Shown in pieces: positions 50,706 through 63,940 of a DNA stretch of 64,000 bases. Origin of the DNA: Vermamoeba vermiformis (taxonomy: Eukaryota). The stretch lies in assembly GCA_045837725.1 (NCBI GenBank), contig JBEWZL010000008.1, positions 62,001-126,000 on the forward strand. Reading direction: 5' to 3'. Position numbers and translations under genes: made by a program. Under the pieces are notes generated by a model, which searched no databases, was not told the origin of the DNA, and was given only the letters and a program-made list of their open reading frames with translations. Within the stretch, counting starts at the first letter, position 1; each line of letters starts with the position of its first letter.

Positions 50706-53237
50706 TTATTGTTGGTAGTTGGGGTTGGTGCGTTGTTGTTGGTAAGGCAACTGTTGAGGGACTTGCATGCCGGGTTGAACAAACGAAGAGTAGTTCTGGA
50801 ATTGGTGGTAGCCAGGGTAAGGGAACTCGTGCTCGGCACCATAATGACCGGGTTGACCTTGTTGACCAACAGCTTGGCTTTGTTGACCTTGTTGCACGCC
50901 TTGTTGCTTGTTGTCCATCATACCTTGACCAGTGGTACCAGTAGTGCCGGAAGCGTTGTTAAAGAAGCGGTTTTGCGAGGGGTTAGTGTGAGCAGTGTGT
51001 TGTTGAGGATAGCCCTGACCAGACAACGAGTGCTTCATGTAGTCTTGCTCTTCGGTGCCAGTGCCAGAGTAGGGTTGAGGATAAGCACCACCGTAGTTCA
51101 TGTTCCAGTAAGGACCCTTTTGGTAGGGACCAGGGCGACCGTACGGGGGATAGAACTGCGAGTTGGGTTGAGTTTGATAAGCAACATAACCTTGTTGGCC
51201 GACGAGTTGTTGCATGTGGTAAGGATAAGCACCAGTGTTGAGCGAGTTAGCCCAAGCAGCAGCGTCAGTGCCGTAACCTTGATAAGGAGCAACACCGGGT
51301 TGACCAGCAGTCGATTGTTGAGTGGCAGAAGCGTCTTGTTGATCGCGACCAGCGTTGGTTTGAGTGGGAGCGCTGGCGAGTTGAGATGGATCGTAGAACA
51401 TTTGAGGGTTCATCAAGGACATGGGATATTGGAAGGGGAACAAAGCAGGGAATTGGTTGGGCATCATAGTAGGCATGGCACCTTCGGCAGGGGTTTGAGG
51501 CTTGGCGGCAGTTTGAGGAGTTTGAGTGGCGGGAGCAACAGGGGTAGCTTGAGGCAAGGTGGGGGTTTGAGTCACGACGGGCAAGGGCGATTGTTCAACG
51601 GGCTTGGTCTCAGTCTTGGCAGGCTTCTCAGTCTCGAATGTTTGACCGAAGTGAACCTTGAGGCCAGGGGGTTGTTCCAAACCGGTACCAGGCAAATTAA
51701 TTCTGGGACCGTTGTCTTGGGGTTGAACGCGACCGAAGGAAGGCACAGTGGAAGCAGCGGGAGTGGAGGTGAGAGGAGGCAAGTTAACAGTGGCAGGGTT
51801 GATGGTCAATTTAGCAACATTCGATTCGATCTCAGACACCTCACGGACGGGCGCAGCAGTGTTGGCTTGAGTGGTTTGGCTGGCTTTGTTGTTGGGCCTT
51901 GGTCACAACAGGTGCAGTACGGTGTTGTTGAGCAGGGTGAGAGGGAGGGTTGCCGTGAGTGGCGTGTTGTGTGGTCTCCTTCTGCTTGTAAGTGGGCTTC
52001 TGTTCTTGGGTTTGTTGGGGTTGTTGTTGAGGAGGTTGAGGCTTGGGTTCACCCTTGACTGCACGCAATAGTTACGTTAATAAACAAATCGCAGTCATCT
52101 AATATACTCGCTTACCCTTGTTAGCCCATGAAATAGTACCGTTGGCGGGGGTTGAAGCAACAGGAGCAACACCGTTAGTTTGTTGTTGCTGTTGTTGTTG
52201 TTGGCCACCGCGTGGGCCTCTGCCGCGTTGTTGTTGTGATTGTTGACGTTGGTGTTGTTGTGGTTGCTGAGTTTGTTCGCTTTGTGCGCCGGCGGCATGT
52301 TCTTGACCCCTGTATGAATAGGTAAGTACGCGCATTATGAGATCGAGACAAGGATCGCCGGATCTTACTTAGCAACGGCATGGTCACCACTTTCGGTCTT
52401 TCGTTGACGGGGTTGTTGGACATCTCGCTGTTGAGGGCGGCCACGAGGCTTGTGTTCTATTATAACGATTAATTAATGTTCATAGATGCAGCGGAACCCG
52501 ACGAATAATTAGTGATAGTAATGAAACGATAAAATTAAGAATATTATTGCATATTTTTATGAACTCGAAACATACCTCCTGAAGCGGTGTTGGGACCCTT
52601 GTTTGCATCAGACGGATTTCTGGGTCTGTTCTTATTATCTGCTTCAGCCTTCTTTACCTGCCATTAAATATACTTTAGTTTCCGCACATAAGATTATAAA
52701 GTAGGAAAAATTGAATCGGCGTGCGTTCTGAAAAAGTGAATAAACTCATCGAACGAGATTGAGTTCGGGTGCAAGTTTACTACATACCTTTTTAGCCTTG
52801 CCACCAACTTCTTGCCATTGCTCTGGTTGCTCACGGGCTGTAAAATGGTATTAGGAAATGTTTTACAAAGGCATCTAGTCTTTTTAGAATATTTTTCGAA
52901 TTATTAAAAAAACTTTCGCTGGGCGAATTGAACGCTTCATACCTTCCATAATGTATAATGCGGCTGCTTGGTAAATTTCTGCCTCTGAATAATTATTTAC
53001 ACGCTCCTTGAGGACTGTGTAAATATCCTCATCAGGCCACATAGCGCCTTCGAAGTTGAGCTCCTGTAAAATACGCTTTACATTTGCGATTTTCTTCTGA
53101 TCTTCCTTTGTGATTTGAATAATTTTGGCCTTAGGTTGGGTCAACTCGTGCATATTCTTAACGTGTTGAGGAGCCTCCTTTGGCTTTTTCTGTGATGCTT
53201 GATTTGGATTCTTGGTTTGTTGTTGCTTTGTGCTCAT
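50706..53237 (-). CDS. Q/P/G/Y-rich low-complexity protein, UBAP2/Def1-like architecture
   Basis: A short N-terminal helical UBA/CUE-like region is followed by PEQWQEVGGKAKK, an ISWANK motif, a VPSFG/VHFG segment and a prion-like Q/Y/G tail. Codon usage is strongly biased. Confidence 0.65.
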
Positions 53238-53506
53238 TATGGAATATATGTGTGGGTATTTATCTATTTGAGAATAGAATCGGACCGAGGGTTGTGTTGC
53301 TGCCAACTGTGTAAGGGTAAGAAAAAAAAAAGCTCGCAGAAATTTTTTGAGTTCCACGATTTTATCAAATTTATATTGGTAGCAGCAACGCTCTCTCTAA
53401 AACGCAAATTTAATGTTGAATGATATTCTTTGATTGATTTTATTGCAAATAAATTAACAGGGTGTATGATACAAAATCCACAAATAAATACATCTACAAG
53501 GCGCGA

Positions 53507-55342
53507 TTATTCCACATGGATCATGGTGCTGCTGGCAGGGGGCATAAAATTACAAGGGAGCGGCGACACGGAGTTAGTGTCCACAAACGAGAAGTTATTA
53601 TTTCTATCTACAATTTTGAAAGTAGGGGGGAAAAAGAGGATTGATCCAGGGATGGGTTTTTGTACAGGCAAGGGAGGGAGAGTGATGAATGGTGCCGAAA
53701 CGTTGGCTTCGGTAGGCGATGATGGCGAACTCTTGCGTTGCTCGCCTAATTCGAATTCAGACAAGCTAGCGAGTTGCATCAAAGGATCAGATCTGAGGCA
53801 GGAATTAGCTTTCATGAAACGAGATACAATATTCGTGCTATAAGTACGTACTCTTCAGCAATGGAAAGGAAGGCAGAGCGAGTTGATGGCTCCAAAAGTT
53901 GACGTTTCGGTGAACTGTTGAGACAACAAATTAGCGTCCAATTTCACAACAGCTCGGTGAGTGCAATACTTACGCAGCGAGAGGCTGAGCTGTATGCACA
54001 TTGACTGGCACGGGGATGACTGGCGAGGGGAGTTGTTGTTCGGGTTGCTTTTGTTGTTGCAATCGTGAAAATACGTCGAACACCTTGGTCAAGCTCAATG
54101 ACTCTAACTCCATAGCGCTCTCTGATGATCGCGAGCCCTCAGAGTCAAAACTCTTTGACATTGGCGATGAGGGTGCTGAAGAGTAAGAACTCGAGTCACT
54201 GTTGCGGATCTTTTTCTTGATGACTTTATCCTTTGTTGCTTTGCCTATTGATATTAAAATATAAGGAATTAATAAAATGCTCGAGTTAGAGCAAAACAAA
54301 GCTAAGAGAATCATAAGTAGCAAATTTCGAGACCTAAATGTCAGGTTGGATAGGAAGTGTCCGACAGGTCTAAAAGTCTTGCAGCCACGAAATTGAATGG
54401 CAAATTTACCGCATGAGCGGCGGCAATTGCTTGATATTTCAATGAGGTAATATGAGAATAAGGAATAAAGAGTGGAGTACTTTAACTGTGCAAAGTAGTC
54501 GCACGACTTACCAGATGGCGATGATTTCTTATCGCTGGCAAGCACGATAGGATTTCGCATGAGAAAGTCTCGCTTATTCTTCAGTGTTTCAAGCTCTTGT
54601 GCTATTCTGAGCTGATCTTCGGGATTCTTTGCGCTGGATTTCTCGAGCGAGGCTATCATCTTGTCCAAGCTCTTAATCTGTATGAAACAAGAGTTAGAAC
54701 TATTGACTGCAATACTTTCAGACCCTAGAGAAGGCCGAAAAGAAAGTATGAATTTGGGATTTGACAAGTTCACTAAACGATTGATTTCACAAAAGTAACG
54801 TACCTTTCGGTGAGGCCATCGTGGAATACCACTCTTGCGGCAAATTTTCTTTAATACGGTAGCGCAGACCTATTATAAAAAGCATAAGAATGTCTCTCTG
54901 ACGAAAAGGCACGTAAAACTGGTAAAATTTAGGGTGGGTATTAAAGTCTCTACAAAGGGACAATATGAAACAAAATACAACAAATAGGAAGCTTATGACG
55001 CATAAGAACTAGTTCCGAAATGAATTTCGCAAACAGTGGTCATGGATCAGTCAGCCGTTGATAATTCAACCCATCCAGAGAAATTCAGACCCAAGTCGTG
55101 GAGCAATTTCGCAAGTAAATTTGCAAGTAAAACAATACGATTTCTGTCCTTTTTATTATCTCAAAGCCGTAATTGCTCTGGGAGGATACTTACGCCAAGT
55201 TCTCTAGCGACATCTGAACGAAAGGGCAAAAGTTAGCAAAAAATGTTTCTGAAAACAGTAAATTTGGGGGTTATAGCTTACCATTGATGGGTAGATGGAA
55301 GTATTTTGAAAGAGTTTCCAAATCGAAGCGAGGGGCAGACAT
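53507..55342 (-). CDS. RWP-RK (NIN/RKD-like) transcription factor
   Basis: Spliced N-terminus MSAPRFDLETLSKYFHLPIN-DVARELG-VCATVLKKICRKSGIPRWPHRK-IKSL. Confidence 0.88.
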
Positions 55343-56159
55343 TAAGACCTGTTAGATGTGGTGGGGGAAATACGATCGAATAACCAAAACGACTTTATTG
55401 AAGCTGTCAAGCACAGTTTCACAAAGCGATAGTAAAGTACTAAGGTAAAAGAGGTGTGTGTTGAATAAAAGAGTCCAAACAGAGAAAATAAGACCCAGGT
55501 CGCTTCGCAAATAAATCTTTTCGTCTGGCGAAAATTCAAGTTGCTCCCGCGAAAGAAAACTGCGCAAAATCATTGTTGCCCTGGGTGGGCGATTGCTGTT
55601 CTTTCAGACCTCGAGACATTATGACCGTTCGACCTCATGACGTTCCTCCACGCTTCTAAATTTCCACCACGGGATTGCTGGGATCTTCGATTTCCCAACC
55701 TTACAGAGCCTCAAAACTGCTTGATTACTATTAACTGATGTTAGTTTTACTACAATCGAGCGAAATACAGTTTATTTATGGCACTCATAAATAATAAGGA
55801 ATTGTTTACTGTTTGGATCACATAGCGTCTTACAATTCCGAATTTCTACAATAAGGAAGGTATTCTTTACAAAATATTGAATTTGTGGGTTGAATATTGG
55901 AAAATTGAATATTTCGTTAGCAAAGTAATTTTAAAAATAAAATCGACATTTCAGTGAAAAAGTAGGATCTTGTGTTTCGGATGACGGTTCAGATCCGATT
56001 CGACACTTCTCAACTGCTGGAAGAAGATTTTACCGCCTCTTGCACTGTGTAACAACTCTGGTTGCTTACACTTCCTAAGCCAGATAGATTTATTAATTGT
56101 TAGGAGCACGTGACATCCCAAACACTTTTTTTGCGCGTGCTGCACATTAGCGACTTACA

Positions 56160-59100
56160 ATGACAGACGACACAACTGTAGTTAACAGTCTACTTGAAAA
56201 TGCAAAGGTGACTTCAAGCAGCTTTCTGAGCGGATTTTGGATTGGCAAAGCTGTTCAGTTGCTGCAAGCTAGTCGTGCTAGCGAACTCGCGAAAGACCAC
56301 TATAAAGATGATAGAGTCGAGGAGTTATTGGTGGATTGTCGTCGATTTGAGACGAGTCTTTCGAGAAATGTCTCAGAAAGAATATTTTACGCGCCTGATC
56401 CGAATGACAACGCGCCAAAAATTGAAGACCTTTTAAACCCTGAAGGAGAGCTTAATATGATCTATTTTTCGAAGCAGAATCTCGTTGGTAAAATTCTGGC
56501 TCTTTGAAATAATATTTAGTAAATTTTGTATAGGCCCAGAGGTTGTCTCGCTAACAGAAGAGGAGTCGTTTATCAAATCAGGTCGAGCTCTTTATTTTTC
56601 ATCTGTTGTGCTTCACGACAATGTGTTGAAGACAGATCTCGCTACGTTTAAAGCTAAATACAGCCACCTATTCGCCGTTACGCAGCTTGAAAAGGTACTA
56701 TATAGATGTCTGTTACTGCAATTATAAATTTTTATTCTTAAAAGCTTATCTACGAGCTCTACGAAGAGCATTTGAACGGCAGATCTGCGATGGCATTTCT
56801 CGGCTTGTCCACCGTACTAGAGCGATTGTTATCGGATGCTTGGCGCATGTATAATTACAGACCTAATCAGAATGCTTCAACGAAGGCTAAATTGACCTTC
56901 GAGCAACGTGTGCCGAAGAAACTGAGCGACTTGCTGTTGACACGCGAGCTGAAGTCATTGTTAGGCGAGGACTTGGTACGTACCCTAGTAATTTAATACG
57001 CCATATTTTGAGTAATAACTCACTTGTTGCAGGTATTCTTGTTGCGTGCGTTTATTGGTCCATTATCGGGCATCAATCTGCGCAACATTTTGTGGCACGG
57101 TTTTATGGCCCCGCACGAATTTCACGCGTGTTATGTATCCTATTGACACTAATATAGCGGGTGTTCAATATATTCTATATGTTATTTCCTTGACCCATTC
57201 TTGCAGACATCATTCTTGTTCTACTTGTTCGTCACTGTCAGTCGTCAATTACAAGCTCCATTCGCGGCCAAACAGTTCGAGACACCAGCACTGCATTCAT
57301 TCATGCACTTTGATCATATTATCAACAATAAGCACATGACTGCACTGCCCATTAGAGATTTGAGCTCGCATCAAGCTCTCATTACAGAAGTCAAGACCTT
57401 GATCGATCAGTCGTTCTTTGTCTTGCCTAAAACAGAAAGTCAGTGGCACTCTGCACTCGAGGTACTTATTGATTGCGTGCTGTAGAATGGAATGCACCGT
57501 ACTAATACGTCTCCAGTTCCATTTGAGGGGCGAATACTACAAGAGCTTACTGCTGCTCTTCCCGCTCATCGAACACTCGCTGCGTCGTATATATGTCATT
57601 GTAAATAAGTGCGCGGACAGAAGACTGACAGCGGGTAGTTATTGACACTAGTTATGTATTATACGCCTGCTTCTAATCATACCTTCAGAGAGTGATGTGC
57701 TGTACACGACACTGGATATTTTGTTGAATTTCAAGTACGACGATATCACTATGGATATAAATAAGAACAGTATTATCGATAATAATGACGAGAATAGCGC
57801 GAACAAGCCTGACAACAAAATATTTGACGAACTTGGGGACACGCTGATGAGCTACATTGTAAGTTATACGATGTAGAGCTGTCATATATCTAACTAGTAC
57901 CAGTACGATCTATTTGTATGGGGTGACATTGGCGAAGAGAATATGACCTTATTTGGCATTAAGAAGTCAACACAACCGCAGACCAGTGATGCCAACACGC
58001 AGTCAAACAACAACGCGGTACTGGACCCTAATTCATATAGCGAGTCAGACACTGACGCCATGGCACCACAACCACATCAAATCGACTTGACTGAGACCAA
58101 GCCTTTGCGATTGCGTGACATGATTGCTCATGGCCTCGTGGATCCAAAGTCAATTTCGCGAACCTTTAGCGAATACTGCTGGACACTAGCACTTTGTCTG
58201 GCTTCAAAGTACGATTTGAGGGGGGAATTCTTCAGCGAATCTGACCTTCATCTCGGCGAATTCATGCAAAGTTTCACACCGCGATTTCATCCGACGACAT
58301 TTTTGCTCAATGAAGTCGAACTGTTCAGCGAGGAGTGGACAAGATTCAACACGCAGTTCAAGCCGTTTTCTATCGAGGATAATGAAGTTACTAGTGAGGC
58401 CAATAGTGACATAGCTATCAAACTGAGCTACCCTTCGAATTCACTGAAGCAGCCCGCAGGACTTCCACCTTCCTTTGACAGATCAGCGCTGGAGCTCGAG
58501 TTGATCGATATTATTAACAAACTAAACTCGCGCAGTGGTGACAAAGCGAAGTGGTTCCACTGGGAGACATTAATCAACGCAGATCCAGTTGAATTGAACT
58601 CACTTTATGCGAAGGTCCAAGCACGTGGCTCGACACAGCGCAAGACGACATTAGTGGGCATATTAAGGAAGATTACATATCATTGCTGTCAGATGTTATA
58701 CGAGGTAGGCTAATTAATAGTATTCCAATCAGTGATTTATCCGAGCCTTACTTAATTACTTCAGATCCGCGTCAGATTCGATTACTTGAAGAAGATAGTC
58801 GATGACAGGCAAGTATATATAACGAGACTATAATACTAATAGTACACTTATTCAATTGAAATTTGATATGTAGAACCGCGTGGAAGAGACACCGAGTGAA
58901 TTATTCGCAATTAGTGGAGTTATTGCCCTATTTGTCCCTTGCAATCGTGATGCTCATGTGCACGGTGGAGGTGTTCATATCAAATGACTTGCGCGATTTG
59001 TTCGTCACTGTGAATTCGGGCAGATCTGAATCTGTTGTCATGTTGACATGGAGTTGCAGCGGTATAATTAGATCATCTCAGATTGCAATGTTAGGATTTA

Positions 59101-59281
59101 TAATTATTGTTGTTTAATAGGCAGTTTGTTGTCCATAATACAAGGAAACAAGTGGGTCAAGGCCGCAGAGCTCGTTAAATGTTTCGTCTCGCCAAATGTA
59201 CCTACATCTGCCGAACAGCTCAGCAAGAAGGACCTCGCAAAGTTGTGGGCTAATTACCACGCATTTATATCGCAATTGTAA
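56160..59281 (+). CDS. ERMARD: ERMARD / DUF4209-family protein
   Basis: [45 protein letters not shown]...[25 protein letters not shown] and FTPRFHP. Confidence 0.8.
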
Positions 59282-59406
59282 ATAGATTTTTAACTTTGAC
59301 CATTGACCGGTTTTTTTCTAAATTAAGAAAAAAGTGCCAGATCTATTCCACAGCCCCGGAGAATAATTCGCTTAGATACATTTAATATTATTTATTGAAT
59401 GTACGC

Positions 59407-60200
59407 TTAGTAGAACAAAGCGGCAATCATGGCAATAGCAACCATGACGAATGAGGGCAAAACAGCAAATCCAGCGGAGAAGCAGTTGTCAGAGCCATCG
59501 ACGCGAACAACACCTCCGGGCAAAGTCTTTGTCCAGAAATCATTAGCGTTGTCGTAGAGGTTCTGGCAGTAGCCATTGTTGGAGTTTTGACGGCAGTCAA
59601 CAGAGCTGTTTCCGTTGCGATCGCAAACTTTAACATCCAAGCAAGCCTTCTCCATGGCGTCGTAGTACTTATCGCACAAACGAATCTTGCTCACGTCAGT
59701 AACGAAGTCGGAGTAGAAGTTGGGTCTGCAAGAAGAACCGCATTCAAGCAAGCCAAGCAAGAACGAGCAAGTATCTGATTCAGATCGAGGAATTAGAATC
59801 CGTTGTTAAGCAGCGTAGAATGGTTTATCAGTAATCGGATAAGTGTGGGACAATAGGGAATCTTTAAAATTAAAAATCCGAACGTCATCATGTCAAGAAA
59901 AAATTAAAAGAAAGGGCGGATCTATTGCTTACCAGGGTAGCGTCTGCAACCATCGTAAGAGGAGCAGCTAGTTTCAGTGAAGGTAGCAGAGCAGCAGCTG
60001 TCTTTAGCGTATTGAGGGCAGCGAGTAGTGTGCTCACTAAAGATTTACCGGTTAATTAAGAATAAGTTCGACAGATGTGCCTAAATAATACCAAATACTT
60101 ACTCAACAGCTTGGGAGTTGGTAAGACCAAGCAGGCCACATGAGCCAGCATAGGCAGACATAGCAATAGCAGCAAGTACGACGAATACGAGGGCTCGCAT
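59407..60200 (-). CDS. Secreted Cys-rich, probably GPI-anchored protein of the folate-receptor-like fold
   Basis: Signal peptide MRALVFVVLAAIAMSAYA, then C.QY.KDSCC...LECGSSCRP...IRLCDKYYD...AC...C, and a hydrophobic C-terminal tail. Three exons. Confidence 0.7.
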
Positions 60201-61189
60201 TGTTGGATGTGGTTTGTAAAGTGTTTTTTTGAATAAATAACTGTCAAGTAAACGAACCGCTATTTATCTCTGCGTCGTGCACGTGATCTTGTGTGCGATG
60301 AAATAACAATCTTGTGAACGAACAGCCCCAAACGCAATTGATTGGTGGATCTGAATCCGCGTGCTACGAATTTAATGAGATTTCAGCACGTGATTTTGTT
60401 GCAATCGCTAACTTTAATGGCAGTTCGTCCTCGGGTATACTCTGATTTATCCGTGCTTTAGTAATTGAGCTTTGATCATTACGTACTATCGTTGGATCCG
60501 GATAATTTGTTTACATTTTTCTGAAATTTGGAGATCTAACGTTCTGCGTCATTGATAACAAGAGATCATATATCGTACGTAGCCAACATAAGAATGTTGG
60601 TAGTATAGCGGTCGATTGAAGTATCTCTAACGGCGCAATTAAACAAAATATTGAATAAAAGTATTTACGACCAAGAAATATCGCAAAAAATTCGTGAGGA
60701 CCAATTTGCTACTTTGGTTTCAGTTAAAAAATATCTTATCAATGGTTATGTGTCCCTACGTAAATTATAGGGAAGACAATTAAAATTGAAGTTGATCTGG
60801 ATTAACTCTCGTAAACTGCGCTCGTTTAGAACGAATTAAAAACATGCACGCGAATTCATCGTTAATTGTTGGTAATTTATAAATATTTACCGTTTAGATC
60901 AGGGGCGTTGACAACACAGAAGAAATTCTACAGGCTCTTTTTGTTCAGTTACTGCCTGTTCACCAAAATCTTCTCCATAAATTATGAAATATACATTACG
61001 TTAGCATGTAGTTTGAATTACTCTACGGCCAGCTAACTGATCGGAAAGTTTTCTTCTCGTTGGTCAAACTTTGTCAAACATGATGACAAGTCCCTTTTCC
61101 AATGCTATTCGCAACAAAAATATCGCTGCTATTATATTTATACCTCCTCGTATATACTACAGTGGTTGATAACGTTGTTGAATTGAAAA

Positions 61190-63738
61190 ATGTCGGATCA
61201 AGAGCAAGATTGGGCTGAAGTCAAGACAAAGCAACAAAAGCGAGAAACAAAGACCAAACCGAAGGAAGAGGATAAAAAGAAGCAAAAAGAGGGCAAAACT
61301 AAGAATAAAGAAGAAAAGCAAAAGCAGAAATTAAAACAGTCACAAGAAAAAAATCAATCTAAAAAACAGAAAGACGAGGACAGCGATGAAGAAGAAGCCA
61401 CTACTGACTACCTTGCCAGCACGATTTATTCTCAAGCAGAAAAAATTCTTGAAGAAAAACAAAAGGTAAAAATTCAATTTCGGATGTGGGCGGAAATAAT
61501 CACGAACAAAAAAAATGAAATTGACCCGTTGTTAATATCCTATCATCGTGGACTAACAATAACACAGAGACGCGAAGAGGCATCAGGTGTTGCTGTGCCA
61601 GCTAAAAAGAAAAAATCAAGCGGATCTGGTGCCAAAAGTAAAGCAGCCGCTCAAATCCTGCCAATTAAGTCTAAAGTAGGTCTAAATGCCATACTATTAC
61701 CATGCGATACTAAATTATCTTTTTAGCTCGATGGAGCCAGTCTGAATGAGGCGATCCAAGGCTTTGAAAGCAAATATCCGACAGATGTGGCTTTGCAATT
61801 GAAATTGTTGGCTGAATTCTTCGAAAAATGCCTTGCTAAAGTACCTATTCCTCGCAAAGAGCTCGACGAACTTGATTTCGCCGATCAATTAGGTAATTTT
61901 ATTGAACTATTTTTGTCACTTTCAAAAATAATATTATTCATTCTAATTACCGATACTTATATCATACTATTAATATAGAATACCCTCTTAGCTACCTCGA
62001 AGACGATTCTGTTCTCGATGCAGCTTGGGAATACTTGAGCAAAGTGCCTGAAAAAGAATTGAGTGACTTTTTGACCTTTTTAATTGAGACTTGGGTCGAT
62101 AGTCTCGGTACGTTTAGTGTATAATAATATATATATACCTATATGTATATTAACGATATTTATGGCACGCAGCTAGCGGACAAAAGAACACTGGCAAGAC
62201 ATCCAAGTCGTCGATGATTGGTACGCAATGTGAATTCAATTAGAAATTAATATGCGAGGTGCATTATAATAGGCATAGTATTAATATGGACGTATTTGGT
62301 ATTATAGGCCTCGGTATTCAAGTGTTGATGGACGTTATTTTGCGTCACAAACCTGAATTGATTGCTGGCGACAAATTCATCACTGACAAGTTCAAAAAGA
62401 AATATATGCAACAGTACGTAGTCTATTAGCTCATAATAATATTTCCTCCTATTAATTTAGTGCAATCAAACCAAACGAAAAAATTAATATTTTTCAATTC
62501 AAAATTCAATTGAAATTAGGCTTGTACAGTGCTCAATGCTTGATTTCACTTGATCAATGTAATCGATATTAATATTCATATATAGAGCCAATAACGTGCA
62601 CTTGTTGAATGGCAAGACGTACGGCCATCAGATCTTGTACATTGCTGGTCAAACTTTGAAGTCAAATCAGCCTTATGTAGCGCTCTATTGTGAGTGAATA
62701 ATATACACTGAACTATATATATACTAATACTATTTATTAGTGTGGTTCAAGCTGTTGTTGCCGACAATTTATGCCTCCAAGTCACTCGACACTCAGATCG
62801 ACAAGGAAATTTTGTCCTTTGGCGAATTATTAGCTGCCATGTACGTACATAATATCGTTGTTATAATATAGCCAATAATTAATTATGGTATTAGTCCTAA
62901 GGCCAAGTTCCGTTCGAGCGGATCTAGCTCCGAATATGCCTCACCGCGCGCCATTGAAATGTTGATTGAACTGCATTACAATCGCAACATTGCTTCCACG
63001 TATCCTTATTCACATTAGATATTATACTGCAACATGATTATGAATATTCATCATAATAATAACCACGCCCCTGTTATTCCTTAACATGACATTTCCAGCG
63101 ATGCCAAAGCCAAGTTAGAAGCGCTGTACAATCACGTGATTGTAAGTCAATTTGAATACAATAGCGCGCCTTATATAGGCAGCACCTAATGTTACTATAA
63201 TTAGAGCGTGGCCTTATTTGGCGATGACAAGTCCCCGCGTCGTTATTTCACCACACTGATGCGTCACGTGACTGAAGATCAGCCCATTCGTGAAGTTGTA
63301 AGTCACGCAGTCTTTGCATAAATTTCAGCAATCATTACCACGCCACGATGCCTTGCTGACACGTGTACTGTGCAGATCTCAGAGCTGTTGGTCAAGTCCA
63401 TGCTGCGTGACGGCGGCTGCAGCAAAGTGTGGCGCGAGCACTATCACGAGATGATTCCGCAATCGAACAACTTGTGCTTGTATTTCTTGGAGAACTTGGA
63501 CAAGATCAAGGGCGAGGTACGTGTCAATTCTGCGTGCTCGACGGGCACTGCTTCTGAATACATATATCGAGTATATATATACATACTCTAGTATTGTATT
63601 CTCATCGGTATTTATCGTTAGAAACGCGGTGCCAATTTGTTGCGCGAGACCTATGAGAACGTGAAACATTTCATTGAAGTCAACGAGGCCCTCAAACAAG
63701 GCACGCACACCGTTGTCAAGGACGGCAAGACTGTCAAG
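61190..63738 (+). CDS. TMEM214 (DUF2359)-like protein, 3' end beyond the window
   Basis: N-terminal WAEVKTK, then KYPTDVALQLKLLAEFF, YPLSYL, AGQ...LWFKLLLP and VWREHYHEMIPQSNNL. Many short exons, and no stop codon is reached. Confidence 0.65.
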
Positions 63739-63844
63739 GTATGTACTATATTAATAGTAGCATCAAGATCAGCGGGCCAGTTTAGATCTGGGATGTGGAT
63801 CTTTTGCACGGCTAGACAAATTTTTTTCGATTTGAAATCAACAA

Positions 63845-63915
63845 CAGGCCTTAGTTTAGTGGTAGAACGGAGGGCTGTAGTCCCTTAGACGTCGGTTCAA
63901 TTCCGGCAGGCCTGA
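63845..63915 (+). tRNA. tRNA-Tyr (GTA), intronless
   Basis: Cloverleaf: acceptor caggcct/aggcctg, D arm gttt/gaac, anticodon arm gaggg-ctGTAgt-ccctt, T arm gtcgg-ttcaatt-ccggc. It has C1:G72 and A73, as in eukaryotic tRNA-Tyr. Confidence 0.93.
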
Positions 63916-63927
63916 ATACCCTGGTCA

Positions 63928-63940
63928 ATTTCTTTTTTTT
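63928..63940 (+). terminator. RNA polymerase III oligo-T terminator
   Basis: tttctttttttt lies 12 nt downstream of the tRNA. Confidence 0.7.

Noticed and set aside
50709-52058. 449-aa plus-strand ORF
   Set aside because: It is the antisense shadow of the codon-biased low-complexity gene on the minus strand. It crosses that gene's intron but is L/V/G/S-rich with no recognisable motif.
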